Counted from the first letter of the stretch, positions 38,400-51,491 are shown. The stretch: DNA of 64,000 nucleotides from Octopus bimaculoides (GCF_001194135.2 NC_068989.1:77546224-77610223); one strand, 5' to 3'. Numbers and translations: made by a program. Notes: generated by a model from the letters alone, not told the origin.

Positions 38400-39215
38400 C
38401 TTCTTCGGTCACGTATGACCATAGAACTGCACCTCAGGTGCCCCCCCCCCTGTCCTGAGGGACAAATCTGGACGAGGCTGTTTATAGAAGGCCAGTAGTT
38501 ACCCGTGCATACCAGCCTCTCCTCTCCACACCACCGATATTGTCCAATGGAAAAGGAAAAGGGGCCGATACAGTTTGGCACCAGTGACGCCACAACTCAT
38601 TTCTACACTTGAGTGAACTGGAGCAACATAAAATAAAATGTCTTGCTCAAAAACAACAACGCACTACCTGGTCCGGGAATCGAACTCACTGCCTCATGAT
38701 TGTGAGCCCGATGCTCTAACCACACACACACACACCCACATATATGCATGTATGCATATACATATATACACATACACACACACAAACATATCTATGTGTA
38801 AAGTAACAGTTTTAGAGAAAAACCATTGGTTTCATATGTAGCGTGAACTAGACATTTCTTTAGTTTCTTTCAACGATAACTGTTCTGTGTGTGTATATAT
38901 TAGGGACCCCCATTCGGTCATGAGCGACCATGGCCTTGAACATTCATTCCCTTCTGATGAACAAGTGAGGGTAAGTTGTTAATGGAAGACCACCAGTCAC
39001 CCATGCTTACGCGCTTTCCTTCTCCATGCCACCGATATTGTCCAAGGGAAAGGTAAAAGCCTATGCCGTTTTGCACCAGTGACGTCACATTTTATTTCTA
39101 CAGCTGAGTGAACTGCAGCGACATGAAATAAAGCGTCTTGCTCAAGAACACAATGCACAACTCGGTCCGGGAATCGAACTCAACCACACGATTGTAAGCC
39201 CGACGCTCTAACTAT
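38400..39215 (-). mobile_element. Two SINE family D copies (38400-38725 and 38895-39215)
   Basis: The copies are mutually similar and share the head TGGTTAGAGCATCGGGCTCACAATCATGAGG...GAGTTCGATTCCCGGACC with the 13574 copy. Confidence 0.8.
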
Positions 39216-40253
39216 ATACACACACACACACATACATACACGCACACACACACACACACACACACGTTCACTAACACACACATACTCACACATGCGCGCG
39301 CACACTCATAAATAGATACAAAGTGGAGAGACGGGAGGGGAACATTTGTGAGAAGTAATAAAAGCCAGTAAATGCGTGTTGAGGGCAATGTATGAGTGTA
39401 CGCGTGTATACCTGTCTAAAATAGAGAAAACCCAGATTTCTTCATGCATCCACTAACATAGAATGCTGTAAGATATAACGCAAAGATGTACATCTGAAGA
39501 AAGCCACAAACAAATGAAACGAAAAACATTTATAGCTTGTGAGAGGAATTTTATCAGAGGTACGTTTCCTGTCTTTGAATGCGAGTTTTGTGTGCGTGCG
39601 TGTGTATGTGTGCGTGTGTATGTGTGTGTGCGTGCGTGTGTATGTGTGCGTGTGTATGTGTGTGTGCGTGTGCATATATATNNNNNNNNNNNNNNNNNNN
39701 NNNNNNNNNNNNNNNNNNNNNNNNNNNNNNNNNNNNNNNNNNNNNNNNNNNNNNNNNNNNNNNNNNNNNNNNNNNNNNNNNNNNNNNNNNNNNNNNNNNN
39801 NNNNNNNNNNNNNNNNNNNNNNNNNNNNNNNNNNNNNNNNNNNNNNNNNNNNNNNNNNNNNNNNNNNNNNNNNNNNNNNNNNNNNNNNNNNNNNNNNNNN
39901 NNNNNNNNNNNNNNNNNNNNNNNNNNNNNNNNNNNNNNNNNNNNNNNNNNNNNNNNNNNNNNNNNNNNNNNNNNNNNNNNNNNNNNNATTGTGTATAGAG
40001 GAATATATTATTTTGTTTAAAAGAGTTCCAACACTGTCTGTTTTTTATGTTTTATTTATATTCCTGCAGAACCAATGTGGGGTATAGAATATGGAATATA
40101 CAATATATAATATAATATACAATATATAATATAAAATAAAATAAAATAAAAATTGAATAAAAATGGATGGCACCATGAAATAAAGTATTGAATGTAGATG
40201 AAATATTGAGTGTTCAATATAAAGGATCAAATATATAAATATCAATATGTAAA

Positions 40254-40293
40254 GGCGACTCGAGTTTCAGGGCTATTTCCCTTCGTCATGGCC
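40254..40293 (-). ncRNA. Minimal type-I hammerhead-ribozyme-like motif with a GUC cleavage triplet
   Basis: Minus strand reads GGC-CATGACGA-AGGG(AAATAG)CCCT-GAA-ACTCGAGT-C-GCC, with an 8-nt palindromic stem III. Confidence 0.55.
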
Positions 40294-40417
40294 GGTATGA
40301 CAGACTTTAATATATATATACCTATGTATACATATATACACATATACATATATAGATACATATAAATATACATAAATATGTATGCATACGTATATACACA
40401 TATACAAATATGAATAC

Positions 40418-40600
<183 letters not shown>

Positions 40601-40799
40601 ATTTTCTCAGATCTCCCTAAATTCCCGAACTCATGCAAAACATATCCTTTTATATTGGAACATACATACATACAATCACCCGCGCGCGCACACAAACACA
40701 CACACACACATACACACGCACGCACATATGTCAGTGACACTCTTTAACAACCATCAACAGTCGCTCTGAATATGTGTGTGTGCACATATATACATATGT

Positions 40800-40842
<43 letters not shown>

Positions 40843-41744
40843 CACTCTCACGCGCACATACACGCGCGCACACACTTGATAAGATGTGAAGTCTGGCCAA
40901 TTAAATTGAATATGTGCAGCTGATAAGATTTGAAAAGACTGAAGTATGTCTGTGGTATTTTATCATTTGGCACTAAAAGCAAGATCCATTCACATCAACA
41001 TTGTATATAGTTTTCTTCTGAAATCTAAGCTACCTGACACATTTAGCGGGAGATTTTGTTATCTATCTGCAAGGATAATCTCAGGTTATTGACTTATTTT
41101 CGAATCACAACATTACATATGAAACTCNNNNNNNNNNNNNNNNNNNNNNNNNNNNNNNNNNNNNNNNNNNNNNNNNNNNNNNNNNNNNNNNNNNNNNNNN
41201 NNNNNNNNNNNNNNNNNNNNNNNNNNNNNNNNNNNNNNNNNNNNNNNNNNNNNNNNNNNNNNNNNNNNNNNNNNNNNNNNNNNNNNNNNNNNNNNNNNNN
41301 NNNNNNNNNNNNNNNNNNNNNNNNNNNNNNNNNNNNNNNNNNNNNNNNNNNNNNNNNNNNNNNNNNNNNNNNNNNNNNNNNNNNNNNNNNNNNNNNNNNN
41401 NNNNNNNNNNNNNNNNNNNNNNNNNNNNNNNNNNNNNNNNNNNNNNNNNNNNNNNNNNNNNNNNNNNNNNNNNNNNNNNNNNNNNNNNNNNNNNNNNNNN
41501 NNNNNNNNNNNTGTACATACCTACATCTACATGTATATATAGATGCATATCTGGGTACAGGACGTAGCAAAAAAAAACGTGGACAAAATGATAAACGGAG
41601 AACAGAAAGGATACAGGCCACATAGAGAACATTTCCTTCATCAGCTACCGCCATTCTAATATATATATATATATATATTTCTAAACTCAAACATATACAC
41701 TCACGTATGCGTACAGAACTACAAAAAACACACGCACATAGATT

Positions 41745-42320
41745 CAGTAATGTCTCGGTATGCGAGTTGATTTGTTCCCGGAGTCCGCTCGTAATGCGAA
41801 AACTCATACATCAGAGTAATAATTTCTCATAGTAACAATGTTATAAGTCGTAATTCGTTCACAGGAAAATATTTTTCCCATAAAATTTATAATGCTCGTA
41901 AATAAATGGCAATAAAACAACAGTAAAATGTAAAGAATATTTTAGGTAAAGTAAAAAGAATGTCAAGATCGTTTATAATAAAAGATATTGTAATCGTTTT
42001 CTGAACCGCTTTTACTCGCGCTAGACTCGCGCACAACAATCACTTGTAAACGCGACAGCCGATTTACAAGCACTCGTAGGCGAGCTTGTAGATTTCTTTT
42101 TAAAAAAAACAAGTCTAGAGTTGTTTGGTTAGAAGAAGCTTGTTTTCGCTTTCAGAACCAGTGTTGCCACATGCTACGATTTTGCTCCTCCCCCCACACA
42201 CACACACTCACACACACACAAACACAAAATGGATGTTTAATCTTTATATATTTATTATAAAATAAAACTCGTAAACCCGGTGTCTCGTAAAGCGGGGTCC
42301 TCGTAAAGTGAGTCATCTTT
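41745..42320. mobile_element. Possible pogo/Tigger-like non-autonomous element
   Basis: Left end CAGTAATGTCTCGGTATGCGAG and repeated CTCGTAAA subterminal motifs at 42263-42310. The right TIR is degenerate. Confidence 0.35.
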
Positions 42321-42365
42321 ATATCAATAACCAATTGGGCATGTGACGATGAGAATACACATATT

Positions 42366-42947
42366 ATTTTCTACTCTAGGCACAAGGCCTGAAATTCTTG
42401 GGGAGGGAGCCAGTCTAGATCGACCTCAGTACGCAACTGGTAATTAATTTATCGACCTCGGCGAAATTTGAACTCAGAACATATGACATGAAATACCGCT
42501 AAGCATTTTGCCTAGCGTGCTAACGTTTCTTATTTCATTATTGCCCACAAGGGGCTAAACATAGAGGGGACAAACAAGGACAGACAAGGAGATTAAGTCG
42601 ATTACATCGACCCCAGTACGCAGCTGGTACTTAATTTATCGACCTCGAAGGATGAAAAGCAAAGTCGACCTCGAATGAATTTGAACTTAGAACGTAACGG
42701 TAGACGAAATACCTATTTCTGTATTGCCCACAAGAGGCTAAACATAGAGGGGACAAACAAGGACAGACAAACGGGTTAAGTCGATTACATCGACCCCAGT
42801 GCGTAACTGGTACTTAATTTATCGACCCCGAAAGGATGAAAGGCAAAGTCAACCTCGGCGGAATTTGAACTCAGAACGTAACGGCAGACGAAATACCGCT
42901 AAGCATTTCGCCCGGCGTGCTAACGATTCTGCCAGCTCGCCGCCTTC
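42366..42947 (-). mobile_element. Tandem trimer of SINE family B
   Basis: Units at about 42715-42947 (full, tail 1), 42535-42712 (5'-truncated, tail 1) and 42366-42530 (tail 2). Confidence 0.85.
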
Positions 42948-44231
42948 GAGAATGGATATATTGTATGCTCCATCATGAATTACTTATATTTTAGTCTCGT
43001 TCTTCTGGGTTGGCCTTCATTTTCGTAAAATAGAAAGTGTTAGTGGATTTATAGTCTGTGGGGTTCCCTTTGGTTTTCTTCATAGGTAACCTAATTAGGC
43101 TTTAACAATGCTTAAATGTTGGTGTCTAGATTTGGGAGGTTCTGTGGCGTATATAGTCGTATACATTCAAACGGACATACGTATATCTGTTTGTGAGTGT
43201 ACGTCTTTCATGCGTGCGTACGTGTTTGTGTGTGAGTGTATGCGTGTGCGTGTACCGCACTAATATCGAATGAAGTGCACTCAAAACGGAAATAGATTCT
43301 AGAATGTTCTACATTCGCCGGAACCAGAGCTCGTCCAGTAGCATGGCTTTCAAGAACCCCGAAGAAAAAGTACATCGCGAACTTTCAGTCTGCAACTCTC
43401 AATAATCGAAATGTCTTGCAAAAAATCGCTTCCGATCTGATTCCGGCAGATCTAACAATATATATGTGTGTGTGTGTGTGCGTGTGCGTGTGCGTGCGTG
43501 CGTGCGTGTGCGTGCGTGCGTGTGCGTGTGCGTGTGTGTGTGTGTGCGCGCTTGAGTGTAGCAGTGCAAATGAGATGTTCACAACGCTACTGAGTTCGAT
43601 CCCGTTGCAGGAACCACAGCGCTAAGTTAATGTGATCAGAAGAAGGTTCATGCATACATACATATACATATACACCGGTATGGATTCTTACGTTCCCGGT
43701 ACGGTATGGCTTATCCTGATCATTTCAATTTATAGCTAACCTTATTATCGTCCAAATTCTGGATAAAATAGCTAATGATGTAGAATGCATTTGTCCCAAG
43801 TTAGCGAAGTAACCACGCATAGAAATGCGTTGTTTAAATGCGTTAACTGTGGTGCCTATTTTGATATTTACTATTAGTTTGTGTTAACGTCTCGCGTTTA
43901 TATTCAACGTTCTTATGCATGCATTACCCGCCCAGTAGCAAATCCATAGGGTTTACGTTTCTCAAAGCTTATCAAGAATATATACATATAAACTTATATT
44001 TAATATATCCAATTTGTTTATTTGCATAATTATGTCTATATTTGCTCAACTTGATGCTTCTTATAGCCATTCTTTATGCTGTAGAATTAATCCTCTGTAA
44101 AGTCATCGGAGTCTAAGTTCGAATCATTTGAGCACTACTGTCTTCTATACTGAAAATCTCTGGAACTCACATGTTGACTTAATATATATATATATACATA
44201 TATATATAAGAGCCCAAAGTTTACGTACGCC

Positions 44232-44269
<38 letters not shown>

Positions 44270-44686
44270 GAAAACAAGCAATGTTAATTCTCTAAATTTG
44301 TTTTCACTTGTTCGATATCAGTGAAGAATTTCACTGGAAATATACATACATACATTATATATANNNNNNNNNNNNNNNNNNNNNNNNNNNNNNNNNNNNN
44401 NNNNNNNNNNNNNNNNNNNNNNNNNNNNNNNNNNNNNNNNNNNNNNNNNNNNNNNNNNNNNNNNNNNNNNNNNNNNNNNNNNNNNNNNNNNNNNNNNNNN
44501 NNNNNNNNNNNNNNNNNNNNNNNNNNNNNNNNNNNNNNNNNNNNNNNNNNNNNNNNNNNNNNNNNNNNNNNNNNNNNNNNNNNNNNNNNNNNNNNNNNNN
44601 NNNNNNNNNNNNNNNNNNNNNNNNNNNNNNNNNNNNNNNNNNNNNNNNNNNNNNNNNNNNNNNNNNNNNNNNNNNNNNNNNNNNNN

Positions 44687-44771
<85 letters not shown>

Positions 44772-45612
44772 CGTAAGGGGTTTCCGTAAACTGATTTAAA
44801 GTAATAGGTATGTACTATGAGTGCTCCGTTTGGTTTGCCACTAAAAACACCGGTCTGAACTGCAACTGAACATGTGATGTTGAGACTGCATATCAGAAGC
44901 GGTTATAGGTGGTTATGCCTTGAGCAAATAGATATAGAGTAAAGTGAAAATGAAAAGACAAATTATATTGTTTACTTTTTCCATTTTCACTTTCACACAC
45001 ACACACACACACATGCTTTACGTATCCAGCTCTTTTTTTCCTCTTCTTTGTAAACCAACTAACTTCCATCAATAGACTGATGTCTTTCAAGAAACGACCT
45101 ATGTAGCATGGGTAGAGTTGAATATATCTAATCAAATATTTTGCAGTTACTTTGTTTCATCGATCTCTGAGGCATAAAAGTAAGAAGAGACCTCGGCTGG
45201 ATATGAAGTCAGAAACTAAAGAGTTAAGGCTCAAATATCGCACGGTATTTTGTCCGACTCTATTATGATTCTGCTAATCCAATGTACTATTTGCGAAGAA
45301 AGAAATTAGCCTTGAAGACATCTGATGTACCTAATTCTTGTAGAACAAAAAATTGGAAGAAAATTGATTTTTAAGATGCATCTAGAAGTTGATACTCGAA
45401 AGAAAATTCTTGAAGTACTGAACCAACCAGCTACTATAATAATACTCTTGTGTTTTTCTCCATCACAACATATGAATGAGAAAGGAAGGGGTGATAGATG
45501 AATAAGGAAGGAAGGGGTAACGGCAAACGAGAAGGGGATGATGGAATAATATCAATCGGTGTTCCAACTCTGTGTGAGTATATGTGTATATATGTAAAAG
45601 GGAGGTATGTGA

Positions 45613-45644
<32 letters not shown>

Positions 45645-45905
45645 TATGGAAGTGGGATGGTGAACATTCAAAGCTGGAAAGAAAAATCAAACAGCTTTTC
45701 AACTCTACGTGATTATATGTGTGTATGTATGTACGTGTACAAGGGAAGAATTTGAATGTTTGTATCTGTGAACCAGCGTTCTTTCAGTCCAGAGACGACC
45801 ACTAGATAACATTGACAAGTGTATTAATTTGATTTACCATTCATATTCTATCTGTTGTGTTAAAAATAATTATTACACTCACACACACTTATACAAATAT
45901 ATACA

Positions 45906-46082
45906 GGCGTGGGAGTGGCTGTGTGGTAAGTAGCTTGCTTTCCAACCACATGGTTCCGGGTTCAGTCCCATTGCGTAGTACCTTGGGCAAGTGTCTTCTA
46001 CTATAGCCTCGGGCCGACCAAAGCCTTGTGAGTGGATTTGGTAGACGGAAACTGAAAGAAGCCTGTCATATATATATGTCTG

Positions 46083-46126
<44 letters not shown>

Positions 46127-46280
46127 TGTCTTGTAACTTAGTGGTTCGGCAAAAAGAGACCGATAGAATAAGTACTAGGCTTACAAAGAATAAGTCCTGG
46201 GATCGATTTGCTCGACTAAAAGCGGTGCTCCAGCATGTACGCAGTCAAATGACTGAAACAAGTAAAAGAGAGTAAAGAGT
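45906..46280 (+). mobile_element. SINE family A, full length, near-consensus copy
   Basis: Near-consensus sequence. It is inserted in one copy of a local duplication (45771-46367 vs 46456-46687). Confidence 0.9.
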
Positions 46281-47203
46281 AATATACAAAACTTATTAGA
46301 GGAAATAATTATTGCCCGAGTTTGTCAAGAATATAAAACAACTGCAGTTGAAAGGTATATTATAAATGCACATTTTAATTCAACAGTTTATACATGTCCT
46401 TTATTTATATCAAGACAATTTTACCCAGTGTTGTTGCAGTAGTTATAAATAAACTAACCGGCGTTCTTTCAGTAATTAACGATGATCGATGTCACATCTC
46501 AAAATACAAACACTAGAAAACATTGAGAAGTGTGTTAATTTGAATTACCATCCATATTCTATCGGTTGTGTTACAAATAATTATTACAATCACACACATC
46601 TTCACAAACATATACAAACTCAAAGTAATTATTGCCTGAGTGTATCAAGAATATTAAACGACTGCAGTTGAAAGGTATATTACAAATTTGGTAAGAAAAG
46701 AATTATTAAACTAAAAACTTGGCTTTGTACTTTATTTATATATAAAATACTACAATTAACAGTAATTTTTTTTTTTTTACGGCAAGAGGCCAGCTAGTAA
46801 TAGTTTCAAATGTAGGCACAAGTTCTGGAATTTCGGTTAGGAATTTGGTATATACCATTGACTTCAGTTCTTGACATTTACTTCATTTTATCCACCCTGG
46901 AGGTTTGAAATGGGGAAGTTAACACCAGCGGGAACTCGTCTAAGAAAAATTAAGGATACCTCGAAAATATATAGTAAAAGAATGCATAATGGTTCCTGAT
47001 ATAGGCACAGTGCCAGCAATTTCTTAAGGAAGACGGTTAGACGATATCAACGATACCAGCACTTGACTTGCGCTTTATGTTTCGGACCTTAGAGAAATGA
47101 CAGGCAAAGGTGATTCGCTGGGATTTGAACTCATTTTAACAAGGAATAATAATAATAATAATAATAATAATGATAATATTAATAATAATAATAATAATAA
47201 TAT

Positions 47204-47450
47204 CTCGTGAAGTACGTGGAACAAATAGGGGCTGAAATAAGGGTGGAGCACTTGTAGAAAACAGCACTGCTTGGAACCGCTTGAATACTCTGGAAGGAGC
47301 TCGAAAAATAAGAGGAGTTACCTTAGTTCACTGGTAGTGAACAGATGACACTGTAATACATCTCCAGCGTTAGAAGCTGTGCAAAAGCCAATACTACTAC
47401 TACTACTACTACTACTAATAATAATAATAATAATAATAATAGTAATAATA
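47204..47450 (+). mobile_element. 3' end of an R4/Dong-like RLE non-LTR retrotransposon
   Basis: 47204-47311 reads LVKYVEQIGAEIRVEHL*KTALLGTA*ILWKELEK*. The stops are C>T of CAG and CGA, restoring LQK.ALLGTARIL. Tail (TAC)n(TAA)n. Confidence 0.7.
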
Positions 47451-47665
47451 ATACTTTCTAACACAGGCAGAGTGTCACAAATTTTGGGGAGGGGTTGATT
47501 TCATCGATCTCATTGGCTAAAATTTCGTCTGATTACTTTATGCTGTCGACTCGGAAGGTTCAAAGGTAAAGTTGACCTCGGCGGGATTTGAACTCAGAAC
47601 TTAAACAGTACTCTAAATAAACAAATACCTGAGCAAGGAAGAGTAGTAGTAGTAGAAGTAGTTTC

Positions 47666-47709
<44 letters not shown>

Positions 47710-47919
47710 CTTTTCTCCTATATGCAGAAGGCTTGAAACTGGTGGAGAGGGGCCAATCGATTACTTCGACTCCAGTGTCCAGCTCGTACAATTTTTATCG
47801 TCTTCCAAAGGATCAATTGCAAAGTGGACCTCGGAGGAATTTGAACTCAGAATGTAAAGACGGACGAAAGACGCTGAGTATTTCGCCCGGCGTGCTAACG
47901 ATTCTGCCAGCTCGCTACC

Positions 47920-47969
<50 letters not shown>

Positions 47970-48600
47970 CCTTTTTACTATAGGCAGAAAGCCTGAAATT
48001 TGGGGAGGGGGATAGTCGATTATATTGACCCCAATACTGAACTCGCACTTAATTTATTGACCCCGAAAGGATGAAAGGCAAATTCGACCTTGGCGGAATT
48101 TGAACTCAGAACGTAAAGACAGACGAAATACCGCTAAGCATTTCGCCCGACGTGCTAACGAGCCTGCCAGCTCTCCGCCTCAAATAATAATAATAATAAT
48201 AATTGTTGCATTTATTTTCTTTCAGAGCCTATTCATGGATATAAAACAAGNNNNNNNNNNNNNNNNNNNNNNNNNNNNNNNNNNNNNNNNNNNNNNNNNN
48301 NNNNNNNNNNNNNNNNNNNNNNNNNNNNNNNNNNNNNNNNNNNNNNNNNNNNNNNNNNNNNNNNNNNNNNNNNNNNNNNNNNNNNNNNNNNNNNNNNNNN
48401 NNNNNNNNNNNNNNNNNNNNNNNNNNNNNNNNNNNNNNNNNNNNNNNNNNNNNNNNNNNNNNNNNNNNNNNNNNNNNNNNNNNNNNNNNNNNNNNNNNNN
48501 NNNNNNNNNNNNNNNNNNNNNNNNNNNNNNNNNNNNNNNNNNNNNNNNNNNNNNNNNNNNNNNNNNNTATATATATATATACACACACACACAAACACAC

Positions 48601-48629
<29 letters not shown>

Positions 48630-48634
<5 letters not shown>

Positions 48635-48830
48635 CGGTATTTGTCTCCCCAACATCACTTCACAACCGATGTTGGTGTCTCTACCTCCCTGTAACCTAAC
48701 GGTTCGGCAAAATGGACCGATAGAATAAGTACTAGGCTTAGAAAGAATAAGTCCTGGAGTCGATTTGCTCGACTAAGGACGGTACTGAAGCATGGCCGCA
48801 GTCAAATGACTGCACCAAGTAAAAGAAGAT
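48630..48830 (+). mobile_element. SINE family A second half after a gap
   Basis: CCCCAACATCACTTCACAACCGATG...GCATGGCCGCAGTCAAATGAC. Confidence 0.8.
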
Positions 48831-49192
48831 ACATATATATGTTTCGTTTCTGCATTTAGTTTGCAAGATTATTATTGGCATAATGACCATCTCAAGACAC
48901 AAACGTATATATATTCTTTCTACTTTTGATACAGGTCTATCGATTATGACGGGAGGAGGAAAGTCGCTTATATCGACTCCAGTGTTTGAATGGTACTTTA
49001 TTTTTTATCAACCCTGAAAGGGTGACCGGCAAAGTCGATTTTGGTGGAATACGAACTCAGAACATAAAAAAGACGGACGATATGCCGCTAAGCATTTCGT
49101 CATTTTGTCCGGTGCGGAAACGATTCTGCCAGTTCAATACACACACACATGAAATGTGTGTGTCTATGTAAGCATGGGTTGGAGGATGTGCG

Positions 49193-49232
<40 letters not shown>

Positions 49233-50139
49233 CTTCCACATTTATATGTATNNNNNNNNNNNNNNNNNNNNNNNNNNNNNNNNNNNNNNNNNNNNNNNNN
49301 NNNNNNNNNNNNNNNNNNNNNNNNNNNNNNNNNNNNNNNNNNNNNNNNNNNNNNNNNNNNNNNNNNNNNNNNNNNNNNNNNNNNNNNNNNNNNNNNNNNN
49401 NNNNNNNNNNNNNNNNNNNNNNNNNNNNNNNNNNNNNNNNNNNNNNNNNNNNNNNNNNNNNNNNNNNNNNNNNNNNNNNNNNNNNNNNNNNNNNNNNNNN
49501 NNNNNNNNNNNNNNNNNNNNNNNNNNNNNNNNNNNNNNNNNNNNNNNNNNNNNNNNNNNNNNNNNNNNNNNNNNNNNNNNNNNNNNNNNNNNNNNNNNNN
49601 NNNNNNNNNNNNNNNNNNNNNNNNNNNNNNNNNNNNNNNNNNNNNNNNNNNNNNNNNNNNNNNNNNNNNNNNNNNNNNNNNNNNNNNNNNNNNNNNNNNN
49701 NNNNNNNNNNNNNNNNNNNNNNNNNNNNNNNNNNNNNNNNNNNNNNNNNNNNNNNNNNNNNNNNNNNNNNNNNNNNNNNNNNNNNNNNNNNNNNNNNNNN
49801 NNNNNNNNNNNNNNNNNNNNNNNNNNNNNNNNNNNNNNNNNNTTCAAAATTCTAAACATTGTAATTTGCATTTTTAAAGATTTACAAGTGCTTTTAGTGT
49901 GTGAGATAGATTAAAATGATGGAAAATACCGAAAAAGACAGAACAAAAGAGAACAAAAATTTCCTTTATATAATCGTGATAAATTTTCAGAAGTACGCCA
50001 AAAACAGCATCTCACACGCGCGCGCGTGTATATGCATATATATTATATATGCATTTATATTCATACACACACACAGGTACACGCATGTATATACATATAT
50101 ATATGTGGGTGTGGGTGTCTGTGTATTGTGTGTGTCTCT

Positions 50140-50765
50140 GGTAGCGTGGTAAGAAGTTAATTTCCCAACCACACGATTCCGAGTTCAGTCCAACTGCATG
50201 GCACTTTGAGCAAGTGACTTCTACTAGAGCCTCAGGTCGACCAAAGACATGACAATAGGTCTGGTACACGGAAACTAAAAGAAGCCTCTTATATATGTAC
50301 ATATATCTGCGTTTGTTTGACATAGTGTTGGTGCTTGTCCACCCCTATAGTTGTCAAATAATGGTGTTGGGGATGGAAGTAACCTATGTGGTTTGGCCCT
50401 TATTCAAAGTGACCGATATAATATATTACCGGATTCAAAACATAAGCACTGGCGACGATTTGTCCGGCTAAAACCTTCAAATCGGTGCTCCAGTGTGGCC
50501 GCAGTCTAATGCATGAAGAAAATAAGACAGAAAATATGTGGGTGTGGGTGTGTATTTGTGTGTCTGTGTTTTTCGCCCCGTTATCACTTGACAACCGATG
50601 TTGGTGTATTTACGTTCCCACAACTTAGCGGTTCGGTTAAAGAAACCAATAGAATAAGTACTAGTACTAGGCTTCAAAGTATAAGTGCTGAGGTTGATTT
50701 GTTCGACGAAAGTCGGTGCTCCAGCATGACCGTAGTTAAATGACTCAACCAACAGAATAAAAGAA
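50140..50765 (+). mobile_element. Degenerate SINE family A plus an extra second half
   Basis: Family A motifs at 50140-50520 and 50560-50765. Confidence 0.65.
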
Positions 50766-50842
50766 TATATATATGTATGGGAGAATTTACGAAAAAAACA
50801 ACAGACGAGGACAGGTGGTGTAAATGCATCTATGCATATATT

Positions 50843-50952
<110 letters not shown>

Positions 50953-51491
50953 TGTGTGTATGTGTGTTTATGTATGTATGTATTAGCATAACGCCAGCAT
51001 TCCATCAATATCGAGGCTTTCATATTGCTGGAGTGTAAGTGCAGCGATTAAACTGGGAAACACCCTACACTGCAATGAACACATGCTACATAGAAGACAC
51101 ATTGACACATTACACGTGTTCTATCCTGCAAAGACAACACACACACAATCACAAGAGTATACACACAAACACACATAATATAGGCAGAGAAATTTTACGC
51201 ATTGTGAATGGTTTTCCGGTGATAGAGAGATAGATAGAGAGAGAGAGACTGAGACAGAGAGAGAGACAGACACAGAAAGAGAGAGGGATGACATAACGTT
51301 TTCTTTTTATTATGTCATTCACTACTCTTTCTATCTCTCTGATTAATATTCTAAGCATTGTTGGTCATGTATTGTCGACACGAAGCAGGTGTACGGACAC
51401 ACAAACCTGTTTACATAATACCATCATAACTTTACATTTCTACATACACGCATACACAATAATGCATATATTCATATATATATTCATAAAA

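Larger units (their letters stand above)
46790..49135 (-). mobile_element. Cluster of about six SINE family B copies, all on the minus strand, interleaved with (AAT)n
   Basis: Copies at about 46790-46950, 46995-47135, 47452-47600, 47709-47920, 47970-48180 and 48912-49135. Confidence 0.75.

Noticed and set aside
41600-41652. Perfect CTGATGA on the minus strand followed by a small hairpin
   Set aside because: There is no GAAA after the putative stem II and no stem I/III closure, so it is not a hammerhead as it stands.
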